From the NCBI GenBank assembly GCA_963746475.1, contig CAVVBB010000004.1, positions 21,415 through 85,414 of the forward strand: DNA of 64,000 bases, written 5' to 3'. The position numbers and the translations under genes were made by a program. The notes under the pieces were generated by a model that did not search any database, was not told the DNA's origin, and worked only from the letters and a program-made list of their open reading frames with translations. Shown here one piece after another: positions 43,424 through 53,176 of this stretch (the stretch's first letter is position 1; each line of letters begins with the position of its first letter). Source of the DNA: an uncultured delta proteobacterium. Its GTDB lineage: Bacteria > Myxococcota_A > Polyangia > Polyangiales > Houyiibacteriaceae.

Positions 43424-44713
43424 ATGAGAATCATCCAACTCAGTCATGAACGGCTCCCTAAGCGTCAAGCACGGGGTGGCGGAGAGCTCGGAACCTACCA
43501 GACGCTCTGTGCGCTAGTCGAGCTCGGACACGAAGTGGATCTGGTCGTCTGCGGAGAGCCGACGGAGGTCGAAGAGGCGGTTCGGGAACGCGTTCGCGAA
43601 GTTCACTGGATCGCTCCCAGCGACGCCCCCTCGTTGTCGGGTGCAGGACTTGCCTCCCGCATGTTTCACCCGGATACCGTGAAGCTGCGTTTTCCGGACG
43701 CCAAGGGCTATCAGACCCGTGTGCGAGAGCTGTCGCGGCGCTTGGGAACCGAGCTCGTCTGGGCGGACGGGATTTTTGCGCTTTCGGTCGCTCCGTTCGA
43801 GCTTCCCGTGGTGTATGGGCAGTACGACTTCCTCCACAAGCTCAAGCAGGTTCGCAAAGACACCCGTGATCGCATCGACCTGGGGCAGATTCTGCGGGCC
43901 AAGGATAGGCTGCGTACGATACGAAGCGCGCTCAGCCGTCCGGACCTCATGACGCTCGGGCAGCTTCGCCAGCTCGAGCTCGACTTGTGTAGACGCGCGA
44001 ACCATGTGCAGAGCGTCTCCCAAACTGAAGCGGACTTGCTTAGAGCGGAGGGAGCGCGCGTGACGCCGATCCCTGTGGTAGGCCCCACGGTGCCGTTGCC
44101 CAGCCGCAGGCTGAGATCGAAACCCGGTGTGTTCCTTTTTGGAAATAGCAACACGGCGCAGAAGTCTGCGCGCACCCACTTGTGGCAGGACCTTTGGGGC
44201 GAGTTATCGCAAGTCGAGGGTGTCGAGTGGCGTCAGCTCGGAGCACCTCCTTCAAGGCCAGACCCCAGCTGGCTTTGGCTCGAGGAAGCCTTCGACCAGG
44301 TGCACGGCTACGTTGACGAGCTGGCAGATGTACTCGGGTTCGGCGACATTTGCTTCGTCCCGTATCTGCACGACACCGGATACCGGGCAAAGTTCACCGT
44401 GGCTGCGGCTTACGGCACGGTGAACATGGGCTATCCGCAAACTTTCGACTGCGCGCCAGAGTTCATTCCAGGTGAGAACTGCATTGCCGGGGCGGATGCA
44501 GCTGAGATGGCGGATCAGCTTCGGCGCTTCGCCGGTGACGCCAGCTGGCGAAAGCGGCTCGCAGAGGCATCCCGCGCGCTCTATGAGCAGGCCTTCACAT
44601 TCGAGGCGATGCTCGGTCGCTACCAGTCCGTGCTGGCCGCCGCGATCGAGGACTACCGCGGCGAGGCTCTGAGCGCGGCCCGACCAGACAGAGCGGCAGT
44701 AGTCCAGCCGTAG
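43424..44713 (+). CDS. Divergent GT-B fold glycosyltransferase (GT4-like)
   Basis: The N-terminus (MRIIQLSH...GGGELGTYQTLCALVELGHEVDLVV) is the usual GT4 N-domain opening. The C-domain is divergent and I could not find a canonical EX7E. Confidence 0.5.
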   Translation: MRIIQLSHERLPKRQARGGGELGTYQTLCALVELGHEVDLVVCGEPTEVEEAVRERVREVHWIAPSDAPSLSGAGLASRMFHPDTVKLRFPDAKGYQTRVRELSRRLGTELVWADGIFALSVAPFELPVVYGQYDFLHKLKQVRKDTRDRIDLGQILRAKDRLRTIRSALSRPDLMTLGQLRQLELDLCRRANHVQSVSQTEADLLRAEGARVTPIPVVGPTVPLPSRRLRSKPGVFLFGNSNTAQKSARTHLWQDLWGELSQVEGVEWRQLGAPPSRPDPSWLWLEEAFDQVHGYVDELADVLGFGDICFVPYLHDTGYRAKFTVAAAYGTVNMGYPQTFDCAPEFIPGENCIAGADAAEMADQLRRFAGDASWRKRLAEASRALYEQAFTFEAMLGRYQSVLAAAIEDYRGEALSAARPDRAAVVQP

Positions 44714-44754
44714 CTTTGGCCGAGCCCCCCTCTTAGGTCTCGAGTTTGTGGCTC

Positions 44755-45987
44755 TTAGATCAGCTCGCTGCTCTGCTTGCGAGAGGCTTCGACGCGATTC
44801 AGGACGCCTACTCCTAGGGCAATAGCTAGCAGTATCCAAAACGGTCGCGCGCGCATTCCGTGGTGAAACAGTGAATAGGCCAGGCAGGGAACCATCAGCA
44901 GGGTCGCCCTCGTGCCGGCGGTTTTGGTCAGTGCCCGCACGAAGACGAGGAACAGCGAGGTCCCGAGGACCCCGTACGAAAACAGCATGTTTGCAAAGCT
45001 GGAGTGGATCTCCTGCTTCAGGTGGTGGAACCGAATGAGGAAGCCCTCACCAGCGCCGGCAAACAGGTATCGGGGATAGTCGAGCAATCGATCGAGGCCC
45101 CGATCCGTGAGGTACTCTGTGGTCCCCCCTTCCTCCACCGTGCGCAGTCGATGCTGCATCAGGTCTGCATCGAGGGCCTGTAGATCCAAATAAAGAGCGA
45201 TACCCAGGACCGGGAGTGCGAGGATCGTGACCAGCGTTGGTCGTTGGGCGAACTGCAATGCGGCGAGCACCAGCACGCCCAGGATGCCAGCACGGGAGTA
45301 CGTGCGCAGCTCGAGGTACATGGCGCACAGCAAGAGCCCATAAAGAAGCCATCGGGGCACCTGGTATCTAGGGGCCAGAAGCACGACGATGCTGGCACTC
45401 AGCAGAACGTGATAGGCGAGCTGGTTCGTATTGGCGAAGAAGAGCTCGAGCCGGCCGCTTTCTGCGCGTGACGCAAACGGAACGGACAGGACGGCTAGCA
45501 TGACGATGGTGGCCATGAAGCCGTACAAGGACCAGCGCAGCCAGTCGTCCCCTCGCTCGCCGAGCATGGTCAAGTACCCGAGAAAGACAGTGAAATTGAA
45601 AACGTAAAATGCCGTTGACTTGAAGAAGTCGAATTCAGCGGTGATGGCCGCCCAGACGAAGTTGCAGGCGGCAACATAAAGGACGAATCCAGCGAGCCAG
45701 AGCACAGGTGGGGCGATCTCTGGCGGAAGCCTCGGCCGATATAGGGCGATCGGCAACGAGAGGAGGCCCACCATCACGAAGTCGGCGGGCTGCGGCCGAC
45801 CGGGGCCGAACACGCCGAACGAGAGCAGCAGGATGACGAACCCCCAGATGTACTCGGGCCAGCCGCCCCGAAGGTTCAGCCACGAAGGCTGCGTTTCGAC
45901 GGACGGCTCGACGCTACTGAGCTCCAATGGCCGTCTCCCTAGGTTGCGCTTCGAGGCTCTTCGTGGCGTCGGAGAATCGATTTTCAA
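44755..45987 (-). CDS. Second Wzy_C (O-antigen polymerase/ligase-like) membrane protein
   Basis: 410 aa with about 10-12 TM helices and the Wzy_C loop motif LRTYSRAGILGVLVLAAL. The ATG at 45987 overlaps the asnB-like 3' end by 74 nt, and I found no good alternative start. Confidence 0.75.
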   Translation of the reverse strand: MKIDSPTPRRASKRNLGRRPLELSSVEPSVETQPSWLNLRGGWPEYIWGFVILLLSFGVFGPGRPQPADFVMVGLLSLPIALYRPRLPPEIAPPVLWLAGFVLYVAACNFVWAAITAEFDFFKSTAFYVFNFTVFLGYLTMLGERGDDWLRWSLYGFMATIVMLAVLSVPFASRAESGRLELFFANTNQLAYHVLLSASIVVLLAPRYQVPRWLLYGLLLCAMYLELRTYSRAGILGVLVLAALQFAQRPTLVTILALPVLGIALYLDLQALDADLMQHRLRTVEEGGTTEYLTDRGLDRLLDYPRYLFAGAGEGFLIRFHHLKQEIHSSFANMLFSYGVLGTSLFLVFVRALTKTAGTRATLLMVPCLAYSLFHHGMRARPFWILLAIALGVGVLNRVEASRKQSSELI

Positions 45988-47872
45988 TCGCGCGTCCTTC
46001 GACGTGATGCTCGATCCACCACTCCAGGACCAGCAGGGCCCACAGAAGTTGTGCGTGGTCGTGAGAGGCCGTGAGGTGCTCTTTGACGAGTTGGCTCACA
46101 ATCGCCGGGTCGAACAAGCCGCGGCGCCTGACGGTCTCTTCGCTCAGGCAGGTTTGCAGCGCGGGCCGGAGCTCGTTTCGCAACCATAGGGCCACCGGTG
46201 CCGTGAAGCCCTGCTTTGGGCGCTCGGTGAGCCGGGGGGGGAGGTAGTCTTGGAGGAGGCGGCGTAGGATGTATTTTTTGTGTCGGCCGCGGATTCGCAT
46301 GTTTAGAGGGAGGGAGAAGGCGAACTCGAGGACGCGGCGGTCCAAGAAGGGTGAGCGCGCCTCTAGGCTCACGGCCATGCTGGCCCGGTCGACTTTGGTG
46401 AGCCAGGCGCCGGGAAGGGTGTGGACGGCGTCGTACAACATGCCTGCCTCGACGGTTCCACCGAGCGGGTGCTTTCTCAGGTACGCCGCCACGCGTTCGG
46501 GGCCTATGTTCCGCTCGCCCAGGAGCCTGTTGACGGCATGCGCGGTCGCGCCTCGGTAGAAGCCCCCGAGCCCGAAGAAGAGCTCCGCATCCGTGGCGGC
46601 CGAGCGCTCCAGGATCCTTTGCGCGCCGGCGCTCGGGAGGAAGCGGGAGGCTTCGGCAAGGGCCTTGCGCATCCCGCGCGGTACGGTCTTGGTGTAGGGA
46701 CTCAGCCAACCTTGGGCCAGGTAGTATTTGTAGCCGCCGAAGGCTTCGTCGGCGCCGTCGCCGGTGAGGGCCACGGTGACGTGCTCGCGAGCGAGCTTGC
46801 TGACGGCGAGTGTGGGGAGCACGGAGTAGTCGGCCATCGGTTCGTCGAAGTACCGGACGACGTCCGGCAGCTGGGCGAGCACGTCGCGGCCCTGGAGTAT
46901 TTTGACGGTGTTCTGAACGCCGAGGTGCCTGGCGATCTCTGCGGCGTGGCCGCTCTCGTCAAAGGCCGGCACGTCAAAGCCGATGGTGTAGGTGTTGACG
47001 ATCGCGCGGTCTTGCTCGGCCATCAGAGCTACGATGAGGCTCGAGTCGATTCCCCCGGACAAGAAGGCGCCAAGGGGGACGTCCGCGACGAGTCGGGACC
47101 GGACTGCATCTCGCATCAAAGAGCGGAACTCCTCGAGCAGGGCGGCTTCGCTCTTGGGTGGGCGCTTCCTGCCGCTGCCGCTCTCGGCGACTGCGCAGAG
47201 GTCGAAGTACGAATGGATCGACGGGCCGTGTTCGTCGTCGATGACGGCAAAGCTACCCGGGGGCAGGCTGTGCACTCGGGCGAGCATGGCGCGGCCAGGC
47301 GTTGCGTAGCCCATGCGCACGTAGTCGCGAACGACCTCCTGGTCGATATCGAGCTCTCCGCGCGTGTAGGTCAGAAGTGGTGCGAGCGTGGATGCGACGA
47401 GTAGCCAATGCCCCGGCCGGTAGCCGAAGTAGAGGGGCTTTTGGCCCGCCGGGTCTCTCGCGAGGACCATCCGTCCGAGGCGTCCGTCCCAGATGGCGAC
47501 GGCGAACATACCGTTGAAGCGCGCGAAGCAGTCGGTTCCCCACTGTTCGTAGGCTCGGAGCACCACCTCGCTGTCGGTTTCGCTCGAGAAGGAGTGCCCC
47601 TTCGACCGGAGCTCCTCACGAAGTGTCTCGAAGTTGTAGACTTCGCCATTGAAAACCGCTTGGATCTTGCCGTCCGGACTGGCCATGGGCATGCGGCCGG
47701 CCTCGGAAAGGTCGATGATGGCGAGGCGCCGGTGGCCGAGCCCTACCGGGCCGTCGTACCAGAGGCCGGCGTCGTCCGGACCGCGATGTGTCAGAGCGTC
47801 CCGCATGCGGGCCAGCTCGGCCGGCTCGACCGACGTTTCGTCCAGATGCCAGACTCCAACGATGCCACACAT
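45914..47872 (-). CDS. Asparagine synthase (glutamine-hydrolysing)-family amidotransferase, EPS-associated
   Basis: 652 aa. N-terminal MCGIVGVW (catalytic Cys2) and the synthetase PP-loop LSGGIDSS. Confidence 0.9.
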   Translation of the reverse strand: MCGIVGVWHLDETSVEPAELARMRDALTHRGPDDAGLWYDGPVGLGHRRLAIIDLSEAGRMPMASPDGKIQAVFNGEVYNFETLREELRSKGHSFSSETDSEVVLRAYEQWGTDCFARFNGMFAVAIWDGRLGRMVLARDPAGQKPLYFGYRPGHWLLVASTLAPLLTYTRGELDIDQEVVRDYVRMGYATPGRAMLARVHSLPPGSFAVIDDEHGPSIHSYFDLCAVAESGSGRKRPPKSEAALLEEFRSLMRDAVRSRLVADVPLGAFLSGGIDSSLIVALMAEQDRAIVNTYTIGFDVPAFDESGHAAEIARHLGVQNTVKILQGRDVLAQLPDVVRYFDEPMADYSVLPTLAVSKLAREHVTVALTGDGADEAFGGYKYYLAQGWLSPYTKTVPRGMRKALAEASRFLPSAGAQRILERSAATDAELFFGLGGFYRGATAHAVNRLLGERNIGPERVAAYLRKHPLGGTVEAGMLYDAVHTLPGAWLTKVDRASMAVSLEARSPFLDRRVLEFAFSLPLNMRIRGRHKKYILRRLLQDYLPPRLTERPKQGFTAPVALWLRNELRPALQTCLSEETVRRRGLFDPAIVSQLVKEHLTASHDHAQLLWALLVLEWWIEHHVEGRAIENRFSDATKSLEAQPRETAIGAQ

Positions 47873-47878
47873 GTCGAG

Positions 47879-48778
47879 CTAGTTCTCCGTGACAGAGTGT
47901 AGCGCGGCAGCCCGCGCGACCGTGTTCCTGGCGTCCTCGTAGGAGCGTTTCGCGCCTAGCGAGATGCCCTGCCAGCGTCGCTCGATGAGCCTGCGCTCCT
48001 GACCCAGGAGTCCGGCCGCGCTGTACACAGCCATCCTCGCCAAAGTCTTGGAGATCTCGATGCCGGTGCCCAGCGGATACTGGCGCACGTACTGCCGGTA
48101 GCAGCGGATGCGGTACTGGTAGCCTTCGAGTGTCTTTTGGAGGTTGGCGGCTTCGGCCTGAGAATAGGCGTACACGGGGATCGGGGAGACGCCGTAGTAT
48201 TTGCCAAGCATGACCTGAATCAGGAAGTCCGAGTCCTGCGAGCGGCGGAACTTGGGGTTGAAGCGGGCATGGCGTGCTTGAGCCATGCGGATCATGCAAG
48301 GGGGGAAGCTGAGCGGCGGTGGCTGGGGGCGCTCGAAGCGGCCGATCGATAACGGCTTTCGGGGTTCGGCTCCCGTACACGTGAAGCCGACCGCTTCATT
48401 CTCCGCGTCCGTGATCACGCAGGCTCCGCTGACCACCGCGATTTGGGGCTCCTGGCGCATCAAGGAGGCCTGGAGCTCTAGCTTTCCCGGAAACAGCCAG
48501 TCATCTGCGTCCAGGAAGCTCAGAAACTCGCCGCGTACCATTTGCAGGGACTGCGCTCTTGCAGCGCCTCGTCCGCGGTTTTCTGGGAAGCGATGCAGAC
48601 GGAGTCGCGGGTCGCCGAAGGACTGGAGCAGCTCCCAGGTACGGTCCGTCGAGCCGTCGTCGACGACGATGGCTTCCCAGTTTTCATGGGTTTGCGCCTG
48701 CAGGGAAGCCAACGCCATAGGCAGCGTTCGCTCGGCGTTGAAGCAGGGCATCGTGATGGAAATGAGTGGCTCCCCCAT
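47879..48778 (-). CDS. Family-2 glycosyltransferase
   Basis: Contains ISITMPCFNAERTLPMALASLQAQTHENWEAIVVDDGSTDRT and a FLDADD (DXD) motif. It sits 6 nt upstream of the asnB-like gene. Confidence 0.9.
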   Translation of the reverse strand: MGEPLISITMPCFNAERTLPMALASLQAQTHENWEAIVVDDGSTDRTWELLQSFGDPRLRLHRFPENRGRGAARAQSLQMVRGEFLSFLDADDWLFPGKLELQASLMRQEPQIAVVSGACVITDAENEAVGFTCTGAEPRKPLSIGRFERPQPPPLSFPPCMIRMAQARHARFNPKFRRSQDSDFLIQVMLGKYYGVSPIPVYAYSQAEAANLQKTLEGYQYRIRCYRQYVRQYPLGTGIEISKTLARMAVYSAAGLLGQERRLIERRWQGISLGAKRSYEDARNTVARAAALHSVTEN

Positions 48779-48940
48779 GCCGTGGGTGCGTTACCACAGA
48801 ACACTTCGGGCACCAATCGTGAGGGGGTCTACCGTCCCATGGCCAAGCTCGGTTAGCCGATTGCGACATTTAACGACAAGTCGTTCGAAAATCGAGCGAG
48901 GGCATGCATCGGACCTGGATCTCCGATCACAAGCTTCGTA

Positions 48941-51163
48941 TTGTGGAGCGTCATGGCTTGGGTGAGGAAGGCGCTTTTTTTGGGGCTTGGCGGCGTTGCC
49001 TCGCTGGCTTTGCTGCTGTGGTCGGTCTATGGCGGCGCCCGGCGTCAGTCTGATTCCACGATTGCCAAGACCTCGTTGGCCCCCGAACGCGTCCTGGCCC
49101 GACACTCGGTCCAAGAGCGGGTCGCCCCGCAGGCCGGAAACCACATTCTGTTCGGTGATTTGCACGTGCACACCACCCTTTCGGTGGATGCGTTCATGTG
49201 GAGTCTTCCTCTCATGGGCGGCGAGGGCGTGCACCCGCCGGCCGATGCCTGTGATTTCGCCCGCTTCTGTTCGCAGCTCGATTTCTATGCGCTGACCGAT
49301 CATGCCGAGGCGCTCAATCCGCGCACCTGGCAGATGAGCAAGGACTCGGTTCGCCAGTGCAATGCAGTGACTGCGGAGGACGCCGAGCCCGACCTGGTGG
49401 CCTTTACAGGCTTCGAGTGGACGCAGGTCGCGCTGACGCCCGAAGAGCATTACGGCCACAAGAACGTCATCTTCAAGCACGACACGGAGGACCAGCTACC
49501 CGCTCGCCCAATCTCCGCCCCCGGGATGACGACCAAGGCGTTTTCCAAGCTGAGCGGGCTCTGGTCCGTGCTGACAATTCCCTTCCGGTCGTTTCCGAAT
49601 CAGCAGCCCTACTTGGATTTTTCTGAGCACATCCAGGAGAACATGGGGTATCCGTTTTGCCCCGAAGGTCAGGACACGCGCGAGCTGCCCCGGGACTGCC
49701 GCGAGCGCGCTGCGACGCCGGACGTGCTTTTCGACAAGCTGGACCAGTGGGGTTTCGACAGCGTGGTCATCCCACACGGGACCACTTGGGGCTTCTACAC
49801 GCCGGTCGGTTACACCTGGGACAAGCAGCTCCGCGCCGACTTGGACGACCCGAAGCGGCAGACGCTGGTGGAGGTGTTTTCCGGTCACGGAAACTCGGAA
49901 GAGTATCGGGACTTCCGCGCCGCGATCGAGACGGAGGACGGGCTGCAGTGCCCGGAGCCGCAGGAAGGCTATGAGCCCTGCTGCTGGCGCGCGGGCGAGA
50001 TCATCCGTTCCCGCTGTGAAGACCCCAGCTCCGCTGAGTGCGAGAAGAAGGTCCGCAAGGCTCGGCAGGACTTCGTACCCGTGGCGCTCGCGGGACACAT
50101 CACGGTCCCGGGCGAAGACGTTCCGGACTGGGGCGACTGCGGGGAGTGCAGGGACTGCTTTTTGCCTGCGTATCAGTACCGCCCCGGCGGCTCGGTGCAG
50201 TACATGCTGGCCAAGGGGGACTTCGAAGACCCGGAGGAGCCGCGCCACACGACGCTCGGCTTCCTGGCCTCGAGCGACAATCACAGCGCGCGGCCGGGAA
50301 CGGGTTACAAGGAGTTCGCGCGCCGCAAGATGACTGAGGCGTGCGGGGCCCCGACCGAGTCCTGGCGGGCGGCGGTGTTCGGCGACCGCGGACAGCCCGA
50401 ACCGGAGTCGCAGTCGTTCACGACGGAGCAGCTCCTGGAGCGCCCGCCCTTCGAGCTCATGTGGATGGAGAGGCAAGCCTCATTCTTCGTGACTGGGGGC
50501 CTGGTCGCCGTGCACACCAGCGGCCGCTCCCGCGAGGAGATCTGGGACGCTTTGCAGCGCCGGGACGTGTACGGGACCTCCGGGGACCGCATTCTGTTGT
50601 GGTTCGACCTCGAGAACGCCCCCGGTGGGGTGAGGCACATGGGAAGCGAGCTGCAGTTTTCGGCGACGCCCCAGTTCGTGGTGCGCGCCGCCGGGTCCTT
50701 CGAGCAGAAGCCGGGCTGTCCGAGGGACGTCGTCGCCTCGCTCGGGCGAGACCGGGTTCAGCGTCTGTGTGCTGGCGAATGTTACAACCCGGGAGACAAG
50801 CGCCGCCGTATCACGCGCATCGAGATCATTCGCATCACCCGTCAGCAGTCTGAGGACGAGCCGGTGGCTGAGCTCATCGAAGACCCCTGGAAGACTTTGG
50901 AGTGTCCGCCCGGAGACGAGCTTTGCGTCGCGCGTTTCGAGGACCCGTCTTACAGTCAACGAGGCCGCGAGACCCTGTACTACGCCCGCGCGATTCAGGA
51001 GCCGACGCCCACCGTCAATGGTGGCGGCGTGCGCTGCAAGGGCGGTGTATGCGAGCCTTGCTATGGCAACTACCGAACCAGCGAGACCGACGACTGCCTG
51101 AGCGATAGTGAAGAGCGAGCCTGGTCCTCGCCCATCTACTTGCTCCCCGGTCCCTCTCGATGA
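48941..51163 (+). CDS. DUF3604-domain protein (PHP-like metal-dependent hydrolase fold), N-terminal anchor/signal
   Basis: 740 aa. Hydrophobic N-terminus, GDLHVHTTLSVDAF, DFYALTDHAE, HGTTWG and SSDNHSARPG, the His/Asp pattern of DUF3604/PHP. Confidence 0.75.
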   Translation: MWSVMAWVRKALFLGLGGVASLALLLWSVYGGARRQSDSTIAKTSLAPERVLARHSVQERVAPQAGNHILFGDLHVHTTLSVDAFMWSLPLMGGEGVHPPADACDFARFCSQLDFYALTDHAEALNPRTWQMSKDSVRQCNAVTAEDAEPDLVAFTGFEWTQVALTPEEHYGHKNVIFKHDTEDQLPARPISAPGMTTKAFSKLSGLWSVLTIPFRSFPNQQPYLDFSEHIQENMGYPFCPEGQDTRELPRDCRERAATPDVLFDKLDQWGFDSVVIPHGTTWGFYTPVGYTWDKQLRADLDDPKRQTLVEVFSGHGNSEEYRDFRAAIETEDGLQCPEPQEGYEPCCWRAGEIIRSRCEDPSSAECEKKVRKARQDFVPVALAGHITVPGEDVPDWGDCGECRDCFLPAYQYRPGGSVQYMLAKGDFEDPEEPRHTTLGFLASSDNHSARPGTGYKEFARRKMTEACGAPTESWRAAVFGDRGQPEPESQSFTTEQLLERPPFELMWMERQASFFVTGGLVAVHTSGRSREEIWDALQRRDVYGTSGDRILLWFDLENAPGGVRHMGSELQFSATPQFVVRAAGSFEQKPGCPRDVVASLGRDRVQRLCAGECYNPGDKRRRITRIEIIRITRQQSEDEPVAELIEDPWKTLECPPGDELCVARFEDPSYSQRGRETLYYARAIQEPTPTVNGGGVRCKGGVCEPCYGNYRTSETDDCLSDSEERAWSSPIYLLPGPSR

Positions 51164-51984
51164 GAGTCGCGCTGATCGCCGGAGGCGGAATGCTCCTCGG
51201 GGCGGTCCTGTCAGTCGCGCACATCGTCCGGGTGCCCGAGTCGGCGCCGAACGACCCGGACGCGGTCGCATGGGTCAACGGCCGGCCCATCTCGGCGGAG
51301 ACCTACGACCGAGCTCTCAGCGCGGTCTCGGCCGACCGAAAGGGCGGTGGCCTGCGCGAGGATGATCCGGACCGCATTTTGCAGCGGCTCATCGACCAGG
51401 AGCTGCTCATCGACCGTGCGATCGAGCTCGGTCTGCACGAGCGCGACCCGCAGATTCGCAATCAGCTCTCGGCCGCCATGATGGAGTTTCTGAGCCGGCG
51501 CGCCGAGGACGATGCCAGTGACGTGGACGATTCGACCCTCCGGGCATTCTACGAAGAGCAGTCGTTCCGGTTCACGCACCCAGCACGGTTTCGTGCGGAG
51601 CATGCTTTCGTTTCGGGGACCGACGAGACAGCGCGTGCCCGTGCCCAAGCCATGGCATCGGGAGCTCCCTGGGACGCGGCGGATCCCTCGGTGCCGCTTC
51701 CTCCTGGGCCCTTGTTGCAGAAGGAAGTCGCGCAGCGCCTGGGCCCGACCGTGGCTCGGGAGATCGCCGCGCTCGAGCCGGGAGAGACGACGCTGGTCGA
51801 AGTCCCGACCGGCTTCTACGTCGTTCGTTTGCTCGAGCGCAGCGCGGGCGCCCAGGCGCCTTTCGAAGAGGTTCGCGAGCTGGTCCGCGCCGAGTACCTG
51901 CGAGCCCGTGGCGAGGCGGAGGTGCGAGACTTCCTCGAAGTCGCCCGCCAGCAAAGCGACATCCGTCTGGAGCGCGGTCCGTGA
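51160..51984 (+). CDS. Membrane-anchored SurA-N/PpiC-type peptidyl-prolyl isomerase-like protein
   Basis: N-terminal TM helix, VNGRPISAETYDRAL (SurA_N-like) and a degenerate parvulin-like C-terminal region. The ATG overlaps the DUF3604 stop (ATGA). Confidence 0.5.
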   Translation: MRVALIAGGGMLLGAVLSVAHIVRVPESAPNDPDAVAWVNGRPISAETYDRALSAVSADRKGGGLREDDPDRILQRLIDQELLIDRAIELGLHERDPQIRNQLSAAMMEFLSRRAEDDASDVDDSTLRAFYEEQSFRFTHPARFRAEHAFVSGTDETARARAQAMASGAPWDAADPSVPLPPGPLLQKEVAQRLGPTVAREIAALEPGETTLVEVPTGFYVVRLLERSAGAQAPFEEVRELVRAEYLRARGEAEVRDFLEVARQQSDIRLERGP

Positions 51985-53150
51985 GGGTCGGCTTGTGTCT
52001 GGGTCTCCTGCTGGCTTGCCTGGGATGGTCCGCGACAGCCTCGGCTCACCAGAAGAGCGTCTCGTACTCTCGCTGGCTGATGCTCGGGGAGGGCGAGGCG
52101 CTGGCGCAGGTCAAAGTGCGCTGGCTGGAGCTCACGTCTTTGCCCGCTCTGCACGAAGGGGACGGCGCTGCGGCCAAGCGCGAGGTGCTCGGGTACTTGC
52201 AGGCGCATCTTCGGATGGAAGCGGATGGCGTCCCCTGCGAAGCGCTTCCGGGCACCGCGACTTGGCTGCCTGCCGAGGAGGGCTGGGCGCGCGCGGAGTG
52301 GCGGATTCGCTGCGCTGGGCCGACGACGACGCTCCGCAGCGAGCTGTTTGAGACGCTCGGAAACCATGTGCACTTAGCCACGGTGCGCTCCGAGGGGATC
52401 CGCGATCTCGTGCTTTCCCCGAGCGCTCCGACGGCTGCCCTCGCGGGCCCGGGGGCAGCCCCAGAGCCGAGCTTTGGGCGGTACTTGCGTCTGGGCGTCG
52501 AGCACATCTTGACGGGCTGGGACCATCTGGCTTTTCTCTTTTTGCTCATCGTGGTGGCGACGCGCCTGGGGCAGGTCGCCATGCTCGTCACCGGCTTCAC
52601 GGTGGGGCACAGCATCACGCTCGCCGCTGCCGCGCTGGGGTTCGTGGTGCCACACGCGCGCACCGTCGAAGCGGCCATCGCGGCTTCCATCCTCATCGTG
52701 GCTTTGGAGAACCTAGGCGTCGAGCGTCTGCGCGGCGGCTGGCTCGCCATCCTGGCCATGCTCGGGCTCTTCGTCGCGACGGCTTCGCTTGCCGAGCTGT
52801 CGGCCTTTTGGGGACTGTCGCTGTTTGCGATTTGTTATTTCTGGCTGCTCCGCTCGCTCGCGTCGGGCCGCCAGCTTCGCTGGTTCGTGGCCTGTTTATT
52901 CGGTCTCGTGCATGGCCTCGGTTTCTCGACCGTTCTCCTGGAACAGGCCTTGCCGGCGACCCAGCTCGTCACCGCGCTCCTGGGCTTCAATCTCGGCGTC
53001 GAGCTCGGCCAGCTCGGCGTCGTGCTTCTGATCTGGCCGGTGCTCGCATGGCTACGGCGTCGTGATCTGGACCGGCTGGCCCTCGAGGCGACGAGCTTCG
53101 CGGGCGTCGTGCTCGGGGCCTACGCACTGGTATGGCGCGCATTTTCCTGA
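51981..53150 (+). CDS. HupE/UreJ_2 family membrane protein
   Basis: Signal peptide, a periplasmic N-domain, then VEHILTGWDHLAFLFLLIVV, GFTVGHSITLA and LFGLVHGLGF across six TM helices. The GTG overlaps the upstream stop (GTGA). Confidence 0.75.
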   Translation: MRVGLCLGLLLACLGWSATASAHQKSVSYSRWLMLGEGEALAQVKVRWLELTSLPALHEGDGAAAKREVLGYLQAHLRMEADGVPCEALPGTATWLPAEEGWARAEWRIRCAGPTTTLRSELFETLGNHVHLATVRSEGIRDLVLSPSAPTAALAGPGAAPEPSFGRYLRLGVEHILTGWDHLAFLFLLIVVATRLGQVAMLVTGFTVGHSITLAAAALGFVVPHARTVEAAIAASILIVALENLGVERLRGGWLAILAMLGLFVATASLAELSAFWGLSLFAICYFWLLRSLASGRQLRWFVACLFGLVHGLGFSTVLLEQALPATQLVTALLGFNLGVELGQLGVVLLIWPVLAWLRRRDLDRLALEATSFAGVVLGAYALVWRAFS

Positions 53151-53176
53151 CTCGAACTAGATCTTGGGCAGGCCGC

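Noticed and set aside
45914-47872. The asparagine-synthetase homologue as a lasso-peptide cyclase (RiPP cluster)
   Set aside because: It retains the full N-terminal glutaminase domain with MCGIVG (Cys2). It is flanked by GT2 and Wzy genes. No transglutaminase-like protease, PqqD-like RRE or short precursor ORF is nearby. It fits an EPS-associated amidotransferase instead.
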